Shown here piece after piece: positions 27,401 to 39,113 of a DNA stretch of 64,000 nt (positions are counted from its first letter, which is position 1; each line of letters opens with the position of its first letter). Both the position numbers and the translations under genes were made by a program. Source of the DNA: Lingula anatina. Taxonomy: Eukaryota > Animalia > Brachiopoda. The notes beneath the pieces are model-generated. The model ran no database searches, was not told the DNA's origin, and saw only the letters and a program-made list of their open reading frames with translations. The stretch lies in NCBI GenBank assembly GCA_051362555.1, contig CM120641.1, positions 16,802,001 to 16,866,000 on the forward strand, in the 5' to 3' direction.

Positions 27401-30263
27401 AAATTATGTGCACTTTTCTCTAACTATACCGTAAGAAAAAATGTCATGAATTAGCCAGAGACATTTCTGTGAATATTAAGTGAAAAAAATCAATCCGTGG
27501 CCCTGGTAGAGTGTACATCCGATGTGGTAGGCCCCTACCTAGGCAGGTGCTGTTGATTAATTCAAACCCTCTGGCGCATATGCACTGATTTTCACCCGGG
27601 TCACAAGACACAAGGCTCTGGCTGCTGGAACTCGGGCACACACTCGTAGAGAGACAATACCGGTTAGGGGTAAAGTGTGCACTTCTTAAATCTGTAAAAG
27701 CAAAAGAAGTTTATCGGTTGGAAAATAGTGGTCACGCTTAGGGTATACTATGAACCGAGAAGGTTAATTTTTCACATTCCTAAGAACAGCAACGTATTTT
27801 ACCTCGAACAACACTAAAAGTGTTCACAACCAAAATTCTGTCATTATTATTGATTTCGTTCGCACGAAGCGAGGTATCCAGCACAAGAAGCACAATAATT
27901 ATACAGCTACCACAGTCTCTCTCTCTCTCTCAGATGTATTAAGTTCCCATACCAAACACTTTGACACTATCATTATGGGTCAGCTGGTCTGCTTCAACAC
28001 GTGAGTACGTCCTTTTCTTGAAGTAAATCTCCACAGACACTGAAATATTGATTATAATTTAAACTTCACAATTATTATAAGTCGACATATTTTGCATCTC
28101 GTGGACTGACTAAAAAAGCATACCACCTTTGAAATGTAACAGAAACGGTTCGAAAAAATTGGAACACATCAATTCCTCATGACACAAGGTTTGCAACTAA
28201 AGAAGAAACACACATATGTACTGGTAGATAGATCGATACTGATAAATATGTAGATAGACAGATACCGGTTTCGTTTCGTAATAATTCTCTGGGTAAATAA
28301 ATGGTCATCATCGCTCGCGGAAGGAACATGCACGCTGTCTGAGCCACAGTAACAAGTGTCAACACGGTAACAGTTGCCAGCATTAGTTTTTTAGCTGCCA
28401 CTCCCCTGTGTTGAACGGTGGCCCCTCTAACGCTAGCGTTCAGTGTGACGTGGTCGACCCCAAGAGTGGAGATGGAATCGACTGGTGTAGCGTGACTGTG
28501 GCCTTCTACCAATCCCTTGGTTTTTGAGGCAGTCTGGATACCATTCCCCTGTGTGCGCTTTAGGACAAATGAACAAACACAAGGAGAAGTGGTCGTAATA
28601 TCTTAATTAAGACGATCGTCACAATAAATTTTTTCAAAGGCGTCCATTAGAAAAGAAAGATGGTGAAAGAACTGTATCTATTGATAACAAGCTGTGCGTC
28701 TTATTGACCTTGTGCATCTATTGGCGTCGGTTATGAGTTTGTTATTTTTATTATATTAAAATATGAAAACAGTTGAATCTTTATGATACCTGAGTACACT
28801 CCTGCTCCTGGCTTGTCTCAAATGCTCTTCGCATTCGCTGTATTAGAGAGGTAGGCTCCAGTCGTTTTGGTTCTGTGAATACACAGACAGACATAGGATT
28901 AAACTTTAATACAGCATCAATAGTTTGATTATGATTTAAGGCTACCAGTAAGTAATTCTGATAAACTGTACCTGAATTTTTATAAATGATATTTGCTTCC
29001 GCAGACGCCAATGTGTGCGACTATACAGTTATTCACCTTTGAAGATAGGAATTTTGAATCTGTTTAACACATGTTTTCTAGAATCCAAAATAAGGTTTTC
29101 TTCAATTAAACAGTGTAGGGTTATTTTTGTAATACAAAATGCTTACCATAAACGTTTTCAGTTTTTGTAACTCGACGTCGGCGGTACATAATCACAATCG
29201 CTGTGCTTGCTGTCAGTATCACGGTCACACCAGAAGCAATCAGAAGTATCTCTACCGTGTTGAGGGTATTGTCATCATGTTTGGAGTCCTATAATGCAAA
29301 TTTAGAATTTAGATTGATAACGAGTTGTTTATGTTTAAATCCATGAAACGTAGAACAGCCGTAGAAACAGGGTACATGCAAGACAGATGATTGATTGAAA
29401 TGCATAGATATTCTCTGTGTTTTCGGAAATGTTTTTTAATACTTACGATCTGTATCATCATAATTTTTCTGCCTGTATCATTCTGAAGATCCTTCCACAT
29501 CGTAATCCCATTGAGATCGGCATTCGTTTTTGCTTGAAATTCCAGAAAAACACGGATACTTTGGTTATCGCTATCTTTAAGCTTCACGCCGCCCTAGAAT
29601 TGGACATGAACCGTCGATTTCATTACGTTTGTGTATTTTTACATTTTTATTTTTACTTATGACCTGTTTGTTGTCACTGTGTTTGCGCTCCGGTCCATAA
29701 ATGTGTGACATAACACGTGCAGGTGCACGTACATGCGTGCTTGTGGAGTCATTCCACACTTATAGAGCGCACACACACACACACACACACACACACGGGT
29801 CCAGGGGACACAGTTTTTAACATATATACACATACTATCATAACCAAAAAAAAAAAAAGATTTAAGACAAAAAAAAAAAAAAAGAAATATATTGTCACGT
29901 GTATTCCCCCCCCCTTTATTTTGTATGATCTATGGTGTGTTGTTATGTTGCCTATTATGGTTTCAAACCGTGAGTAGATATGCTATTACTCATGCCGCCG
30001 TCTTCACCATCTGGCCACTGGGTAACAAATCATTTTTCGACCTCTCATTTCCCCACGACACAATCTGAACTGACTTAACTCACGTGTAAGTTATGCCTGA
30101 TAACCAAGACATCAAGTAATTCCGGGTTTGGAATGCTGAATTCCTCTGTCCTGTGAAATGACGCAGCGTCACATGGCGTGTCGTGGTTCACTGACGTCGT
30201 GTTGTTCTTGGCACGTGCTATGCCGTACACAAGAAGAAGAACACATTGCAGCAGGAAGAACAT
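19000..30263 (-). CDS. Uncharacterised large multi-pass membrane protein, paralogue A (signal peptide, small ectodomain, TM, internal signal-like segment, EGF + cbEGF + 1 TNFR-like repeat, long ectodomain, 5-TM helical module)
   Basis: Phase-compatible exons 30263-30084 (MFFLLQCVLLLVYGIARA), 29593-29447, 29288-29147 (TM then YRRRR), 28872-28790, 28548-28266 (KKLMLATVTVLTLVTVAQTA), ~28039-27953, ~27691-27540 (EGF), ~27165-27040 (DIDEC...CNNLNGSFKCLC, cbEGF) and ~26876-26803 (CQTNCPDDHYESEQC). Further exons run across 26.2-22.8 kb, then 22.6-21.4 kb (TMs and coiled coil), 21.2-20.1 kb, 19.9-19.76 kb and 19.34-19.0 kb (last TM, MVRVIKIYE, stop). Confidence 0.8.
27378..27515. mobile_element. MITE family B (TACCCTCTACCAG termini), degraded copy
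   Basis: taccctctaccagggcg ... ggccctggtagagtgta; same termini as the palindromic copy at 37553-37748. Confidence 0.6.
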
Positions 30264-30789
30264 CGAGGCGAAATTAAGTAAGCATCTGAAACAAATGCTG
30301 CGTTAATGTTTAAGCATGGTATTTTATAAGTAGTTATATCTACGGCAATTGTGCTGCAGTTTATTTAACTGAACTCACCTTAAAGGATTATACATGTAGA
30401 AGCTTATTCCCCAATGATAACACGGTCAGCAACAATGAATAATATATCGAACCCTGGATAAATATGACTGTGTCATTATCAAATTACCCCTCGTATTTAA
30501 ATGCTATATCCGGATGACAAGATGTATTATAATCACATTACGTACTTGCTGTTATACATCTTCATCATACTATGTGTGTAGCATCACACTAAAAGCGAAA
30601 GATTTTGTTTCCGTAAAAATTTTAAGCAAAATACAACAAAAACGGAAACAAACAAACAAACACGAAAATTGAAATCAAACGAAAAAGTATTTAACACAAT
30701 TCTGCAAATCAACAAAAAATCGTTAAGATAAATGTTTGGTATTTCGTCACAGAATTACTTAAAAAAATTAACACTAATCACACCCTTAC

Positions 30790-31111
30790 CAGAAAGTTCA
30801 CCAGTAACCTGTAGCCTTCCCAGTGTGCTGCCTACTAGTCTAAAATGAATGGTACGTCTTATCAAATCTACCCTGAAACAATGGACTCACTGGAACAAGA
30901 AGATAACGTTGTAAAATGAAAGCAAGCAAGTTCCACGGCGTCTGCTCTTTATTACTTTCTGCTGCCGAACTTTGCTACTTACGCCTTTTTTTTCTTATAA
31001 ACGTCATGAACTGACTCAGCAAAAAATTCAATGAAATGTTCATTGAAAGTGATAAGCCGGACGTAGCACAATTCAGTCGTCGCAATTCGAGGATGAGGTA
31101 CAGTGTATCAG
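30790..31111. promoter_or_regulatory. Putative bidirectional promoter and first non-coding exons of the head-to-head paralogue pair
   Basis: Outward-facing strong donors G|GTAAGGGTG sit at 30790 (minus) and 31111 (plus). Each coding ATG exon (30263 and 31906) is preceded closely by a splice acceptor. Inferred only; no TSS data. Confidence 0.55.
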
Positions 31112-31905
31112 GTAAGGGTGCAGAATCTGTGTGCTTTTATCTCGGCGCCAGTGCGTGTGTGTGTGTGTGTGTGTGCTCGGCTCAAGTGTAGGTTGCAAAG
31201 GAGCCGTGCGATGAAATCGTATGCGATTTTCCGTGCGATTTTTTTTTCATCGAAAGTGTCTTCGGACTACAGTGAGTATGTTTACATTATTCATGAGAGC
31301 AGAGTATTTCATCCAAATTATCTTGAACTCAGGTCGGGAAAACCCGATCTGTTTATTGAACAGTGACCATACGATTCAATTTCAATGCACCCGTGATTTC
31401 TTTGCTGTATTCTCAGTGCAAGTTCACCAAAGAATTTAATACCGAACGATAATTGTGCAATGTCACCGCTTGCCCCCACACGGAAGTCGCACGAAAAGTG
31501 ACAGTGGGGCAGTATTATACGGACGTACGGACATCGTGCGTTAATCGCATTACTTTCTCTACAAAATTTATTGTGCATCTCTTCTGTCAAAATTATGTAC
31601 ATAAATAAACATTTTACACACGAAACTGACTTCTTGCACCAAATGGAGCTTTCATGTGTTATTAGTTTTAGCCAGGTGGTCACAAAGTGTTAAAAAATAC
31701 GCTTTCCCAAGTTATCGGCCTCCCTTCAGAAGTGCTTGAACCCCTAAGTAATCTATGATGAGATAAAATGTTGTCTGTTCTTTCCAGTCCTTTTTGTTTT
31801 ATTTTCATTTATTTAATTTATTTCGCAATTAATTTACATATTCTGTCTAAACACATTTACTGGGTTAATTTGCATACTGTTTTGTATTTCATTTTCAGCA
31901 GCAAA

Positions 31906-34900
31906 ATGATTCATGATATTGTTTTGCAAATCGTCGTCTTTCTGGGCGTATATTTAACTGCCAGTCGGGGCCAGAACACAGCTTACCAACCATTAGAGTC
32001 AGCAGAGGAGTTCACCATTGATGAAATACAAGAAAGCATCCACGATCTACCATCTCTGTTGGTTATACGCATGGGGTTTAAGGTAAGGATACTTATTTTG
32101 TCAATACAAATAATGTACATGCGTCAGATATCGCGAATTGACTAATTGATACTGTTATTGACTTTGATTTTGATATAGTTATTGGTGCCGATATTGATCC
32201 TAACACTGATATTAGTATGTGTCTGTGGGCATGATAAGAGAAAGAAGACCCGTTTTTGGGTATGCGTTGGTTGTGTTGGAATGTTTTCCCCGCACAGGGA
32301 AATTGTGATTAGTGGCTAGACAATGGCCTTTACATTGTGATAACTGCCATTGAAACATTTGATTAAATATTTGTTGTATGAGTGTGTCTTTGTATACAAT
32401 GTCCGGAAAGGGGGAGCTATCTGGGTTATCGTAATGCGTTCGCTATTTGAGAAGATAAATTCACAAAGCAGGGCTGCGGTGAGGGACGGAAAACAAGACC
32501 CCCCCCCCCCCCCCTTCCCCGCTCTTCCACCTCACGCGTCACGCTTAGATGTAGGGCCCACTTGGACTTCGACATTGGTTGACTGGGGTCTCGGGTAACC
32601 ATGCAGTATTTCAATGGTTTATCACAGTATACATTTGCCTTTGCAAAAATGCAGAGGTGGACAGTGTCCCTACCCCCCCCCCTCGCCCCCCGCCATATTT
32701 TATCTGTCAAAGTCCATCTGTTTTCAAAATCTTAAAAACAACAGCTCTTATATATCTTATTTTTTCTTATTCTGATTTTTAAAAGTTACATTTTTTGCGT
32801 GATTAAATATTGTACAATTCCAAATTGTTTGCAGAAAGAAATATGCAAGTAGTAATCGTTTGAGTGGAGAAATTGAAGGGCATTTGCTGAACGACTTGCC
32901 ATAATTTTGCAGGGGTCAGTTAGCTTTCGAGAAAGCGAAGACTTCAAGGTGATCGTCAAAGCTCGGACTAATTCTAGTCGAGAGCTTAAACAAGTTGTGA
33001 AATATAGTTTCGCAAGAATTAGCACCAACGAAACGCCAGAAAGTATTGCTCTCCTGCAAGTGGTACGTGTATTCTTCTCAAGTCAATCTCTGTTTTGATA
33101 CGTGTTAAATCAGGTATCAGAGTAATATTATTAAGAAAAAATATGTAAAAAGCGCTTGTCACGTTTTCATTCTATTTATTTGTTATTCTTTTTGGTACGA
33201 CAACCCTTTTTCCAGACATATGATAGCATGGCGAGCTGTGACAATTTAATGTAGATTTCAAACAAAAGGTATGCACCGTTAGTGGAATTTGATTGAAAAT
33301 AGTCCATTATTAAAATATTCATACACTTATGAGATTTTACTTGTCATATCATATTGATAGTATTTGTTTGCATTAATTATCACTCTTGACCTACAGTGTG
33401 ATGACACCCAATCTGCTCATTTGAATGATGTGACGTCAGAAATAGGCGTGGTCGTGGGCGTGTCCACGGGAGTGGTCCTGGTGGCATTGATACTGTTCTC
33501 AGTGTGGTGGCACAGGTATAAGGCTGATCAGGGGGAGGACATCGACTCTGCATACGGTATGGCCACTGCCATCTACATTACTTAGTAGATTTCCCGATTC
33601 CCCTTTGATTTTACTTTGATGACTATTAAAATGCACGTGAAATTTACTGCTCCAGTTTTATCTTTATCACATGACTGTTTTTTTGTAAAATAGAAACTTT
33701 TTGCCCAGAATTTGATAAAAATTAAGTAGTTAGCAATCAATGAAATAAAAATGTTTTTTATTCCCTTATTCACATGTTAGTTCGCATTTTATTGTGACGT
33801 AATAGGGTATGAATATACATGTAAGGAAACCTTCCTGTTCGCAATGTTATATCCCCATATATACTTGTATATTAACTCTGTAGACAGTAAATAAATTATT
33901 TTTTATTGAAATGAGACAGAAATGGAATTTATTGAGCCAGAATACAACAAAACAGGGACTTTCGGAGTGGAGCTTAAGAAAACTCATTCACCATACTTGC
34001 TTAGAAAAGCTCTTCAGCCCAGCGATTCTGTGGTAAGGCATCGGGAACAAAACCGCGCTAATAATTTAAAGACCGTCGTAGACGATAGTGTAGAACAAAC
34101 TGTTACGTGATAATAAAAGGCCAACAATACATGCACAGTGTAACAGCATGCAAGCTTATCGTGTATTGTAATAAACACTGTAAGTTCCCGCTGAACAATT
34201 TATGAACTTCAAATTGGGAATTTAAGTAAATAAATAGTTTGAAATATTGAAATAACATCAAATGTATAACGAGTCATAATATCAAACAAAAGAAGAGACC
34301 AAGAGATGAAAATAGAAGATAAGTAACATTTATGAAATAATAATGCTCCTTAAGAAACAAATAAGTAATAAAAAAGTTTTTCGCACTTATTGTAAACTGT
34401 CTTATAGAAAACATATGACGTATTTCAGGATTCAGATGTATCCTCTACCACAAGCGACACAGACGCAGGGACAGACACCCAAAAAAGGCGGAAGAAACAC
34501 GAAACAAAGGCTAAGGCTGACATATTGGATTCTGAATCGAATACTTCTCCAATAAGTGTCAGATCAGCGCGCCTGATTTTTGATAAACCGAACAGAAGTT
34601 ATGACCACAACGTCAGGGGCCTCGCGTTGCCGTCCACAGAGTACACATTACAGGTGAAGGCAGAAGTTTATACTCCAACCGCGAGGCGGGAACCCAAGGC
34701 TCCCTCCCCCTTGGCACTTCACAAGACACACCGACTAAAAACGTCCAAATCTCCCAGCGAAGAAAAAGAGGAAGAAAATGATAATCTCTGCACTTTGGAT
34801 AAAGATAATGGAATCAAAAATGCATTGATAAGCAGATCAAAGGATAAAATGCTGGGAGTTGACAATCCTGCTATAATTATACATGAGGTTAATGGCGAAG

Positions 34901-37900
34901 CAGACATTGTGAATGGCATCTCTAAGCCTCAAGACACCAATACCGCTCCTGTAGATACGCTGGAAAAGAACCCTGGCATACTGCCCCATCACTGGAGACA
35001 AAAAGAAGAAACAGAACCAAAATCGCCCGCCGTCTCAGAAAGAGTAGCCATTTTCAACAAAGGAGCCGATGTAAAGCAAAAAGGGGGAACGATAGATGCT
35101 ACTGTGGCGGAAGCAAAAACTCAACGAAGAGGAGGAGGTGGGAAAAAGTAGGTTGTGGCAAATTACAATGGTTTATTGCAAGATTGTTGCATTTTACCCC
35201 ATGTCTTATAGTCATTTCTTTATGAGTCTTTGTATATCCTTAAAATGCTGCGTTTATGGCAAATTATGGTGCCAGGATACATACTTGTAAGGGCAAAAAT
35301 AACAGTCCTAACTGAGTTTCAAAAGTAAGTATACTGCCTGATAGTCTAATGTTACTATGAAGGTTTGCAGATATAACATTAACTTATCAATTCTTCCAAG
35401 TCTAGGAATACAACCTGTGACCCCTTAAATCTTCCACAGGCAAGTCGTCAGCAACGCTCTCAATGCAACCACTAGACGACAATCATCTGCTAAACAGAAA
35501 TCTAAAATTAAGCATCTGGTTCATATGTTCTAAATGTACACAATTTTTACTCATTATATCATCCCACATCTTCATTTCAGGTTTCATCCTGCCGCATTAA
35601 CAATGTTGACAGTCCTTGGTATGATTTTTGCGGAATCCTTCTCTCAGGTGTATTTCGACGTTCTGGTGGACGTTATTATACATGTACCAAAAAATTCAAC
35701 ACTTGGCGCTGCTCACGTCTTTCAGCAACCTGGAAAACCCGTTGATGTCAATGCTTCTCGGTTTCCCAAAATGAAAATCCAAACTTTTAGTAAGTGCTGA
35801 TTTTTTTTTTTTTTTTTTTTGGTACCGCAAACGGATTTAGAGTTTATTAGTGGCCAGGCCTGTGTACACTTGCCTCTCATTTACACCTACAATATGCCGT
35901 CTTAGGCGCTGTCAAAGTACTTGTGGTCTGATTTTCAACATTTTCTCCTTGTATTTTCCGTATTTATAGAATCTTTGTCATTTTCCTAGTGATAGTTAAG
36001 TTGGCAAGGTACATCAAAAATAAACTTCTTAACAAATTCCAATTTTTTTCTCTAACACGAAAAATTTCTTGGTCTATCATAGAGGGTAAAAGGATGAACA
36101 TGGTTCACGTATATCACGCGTTAGTCAATGTCATGACGATTGTTCAATTTTGAGTCTTTGACAACATTAGACGTAATATTTTACACATTCCCTTGTTATT
36201 ACAGCGGTTCATAATCTACACATGATCGTCATTACTGATCCGCCGTGCCAAGGACTGCATTGTGACCATGGTTGCGACTATGCCACCAACAAGTGCGTGT
36301 GTCGTGTTGGTTTTCAGTCTTTCAACGACACAAGCTGCCAAGGTACGTTGTAGCAGGATTTATACTATTTGGGAGCCTTTTTTGCTTGGAATTGGTACGG
36401 TTATTGGGTTAGTCGCTTGGTTGCTGAACTGGCTGCTTTACTAATGATTAATTTGACTGCTGGTTCAGTTGGTTGCGTATATACGTATATACAGTGTGTA
36501 GTCGCTGTTACATCGACCAGGCTGGCATATCAGGAATTTGATGTGTGAATATCGGTGTGAATAGAAAAGGACCTTTCAATATGGTTAACCGGTGATGTTT
36601 TTCATAAATTAAACTAAAAATAAAATATTGTTTTTGACAAGCGTTTATCTTTCAGTGCATTAGTTCAAGCAATCCCCATGGAACTTTTACAAATCATATA
36701 CCTTACGGTTGTTTCCAAATTTGTAAAATATGTATTTGAATATTTCAGAAACTTCCTGAATGCTGAATTTATTATTGATATGAAATAACCGCAACAAAGA
36801 ACTACTAGTACATATCATTAGAATACCATAATAGCATATTTTCATTCTGCAGATATAGATGAGTGTTCCATTGAACATGTTCCACGGGTTTGTCACAAAA
36901 ATGCCATATGTACCAATACATTTGGTTCCTATTCATGCGCGTGCGCAGACGGGTTCTACGGTGACGGCAGAGATTGCAAGAGTAAGATTAGCATGAAAAT
37001 TTTTATTTTACGTTTTCGTACAATTTTTGGCAGATATTTAAACTTTTTTTATCCGCTTTATTTTGCACAGAGTATATTTTAAAACGAACTTTTATATAAG
37101 CTTTGTGTTAAATAAAGAAGTTGCTTATCAGTGCATCACGTTTAGGGTCCCACATTTATATATAAACATATATTGTATTATCAACTATTCAAACAAAGCA
37201 TTATTCTAAGATTCTTATTAACTTTTTAGATTGCAGTGAACCTTGTCTGCCAGGGGAATTTGAATGCAGTCCTTGTAATGGTACTTCACCAAAGATTTGT
37301 AAAGGTTAGTCTATGTAATATGTAGATCCATGCATTTGGTATCCGGTATCAGCATCAATCTGGGTTTCGATGTATATCAGTTATGCAAAATAACATTTAA
37401 GGTGTCATTCACCATTCCAAAACAATGGAATGTTTAAATCAAGTATGTCTTCACATTTTCAAAATAATTTCAAAACATCCTGCTTAACCAGTAAACGTAT
37501 TATTTTATTGACCAATTTGTGCTGAAAGAGAAGGGAAAACAAGGTTATTACCTACCCTCTACCAGAGCGACTGACAGATTTTTACAGATATTCACAGATA
37601 TGTCTTTAGCTAGATAGATGTTCATTTTGGGCTGAAGTCAGCCCAAAATGACCATCTATCTAGCTAGAAACATATCTGTGAATCTAGCTAGCTAGAAACA
37701 TATCTGTGAATATCTGTAAAAATCTATCAGTCGCCCTGGTAGAGGGTAGTTATTACCAATGTCAGCATCATGTATCCGGATTTTTCAGCGTGTATCACAG
37801 TTTGTCCGACGGAGTATTACCTTTCTACGAACTGCACAGCGACTACGAATGCCCGTTGTTCTGGTGGGGTTACATTAATGTCTTGATATTTGTTTTTTTT

Positions 37901-39070
37901 AGTGGCTTTTAAAGAGGCCTTTGTAAATTATTTCATTTTTGTACAATACATTGCGTAACTAAGTTTATTATGTTTAAGTTACAGACACATCCCGAATCCG
38001 TGTTCACGAATTAATTGAGATTAAAAGCGAACGCATTTGAAAACAATCGGGATTGTTTTTATATCTAGACAAAACTATAAAGTAACAATAGACACAAATA
38101 AATTTTCTTTGCTAAGTCTTTTTTTTTTAATGCCTGTCGTTAGCCTGCAAACCGAAGTGTGGCAGAGAGGAATACGAGTCGACTGCATGCGGCGGGACAA
38201 CAGACCGCGTTTGTAGAGGTATACATAAATCACAGTCTGAGTTAAACATTGTATTGTATAGTGTATTGTATTAAATTGTATTGCTGTCTTCTAATATTTT
38301 ACATTCAAATATTGCATTATTTGGTGCTAGGATTAAGGAGTGTTGTGGGAAATCTTCACAATCTTCAAAATCTTCATATTCAGAAAAAAGGAAATGTGAT
38401 CGACGTGTACTACAGCATCATTATATAGTATAGGCCCTATTCATAAACAGTTGTTGCTAACCTGAATCGTTACAACTACGAAAGTTCAATTGATGCAATA
38501 TTAACTCCCTTTTTCCAGGTTTAAGTGACCTCGGACAGCCACTGGTCACTTCTAAGAACGTCCTGTTGTACGAAGATCGCAGAAACGTGGACACTAAGAG
38601 TACGGGGATATTGGGCGCTACAAACGCCTCCAATCTTATTGGCACAGAATATACCCTAAATCGAGGTGAGGTTTGCTGTCTTAGCCGTTCATCCCTTGAG
38701 TTTCTGTGAAAAATTATTCAAGTAGTATTCTATTAGAAGAATTAGTTACAACTTAATTACAATACAGTTCGATATAATACAGTAACCTCAGTGTAGTACC
38801 ATATTCTCCTTGTTTCAAGGTTCAGGTTTAAGTGTTCGTGTTAGGATCCTGGCTCTGAACGTGTCTCCTGTGTATACTTCTGTTGACCATTCCTCTGGCA
38901 ACGACAACGCCAACAGAGGAACCACAAGTGAATATAAAAATCGATGCCAATACCCAATGCCATCAGCGTATATGTTGAGAGTCTCTAGTTTTCCGGTAGG
39001 TAGTTAACTAGCGCCCTTAATGTAGGTCGTGTGACGTTATGTCGATACTTGTGAGGTCACATGACGCTAT

Positions 39071-39113
<43 letters not shown>

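Noticed and set aside
34525-35151. 208 aa ORF as a stand-alone gene
   Set aside because: It is an internal exon (acceptor at 34428, in frame) encoding the cytosolic loop of paralogue B.
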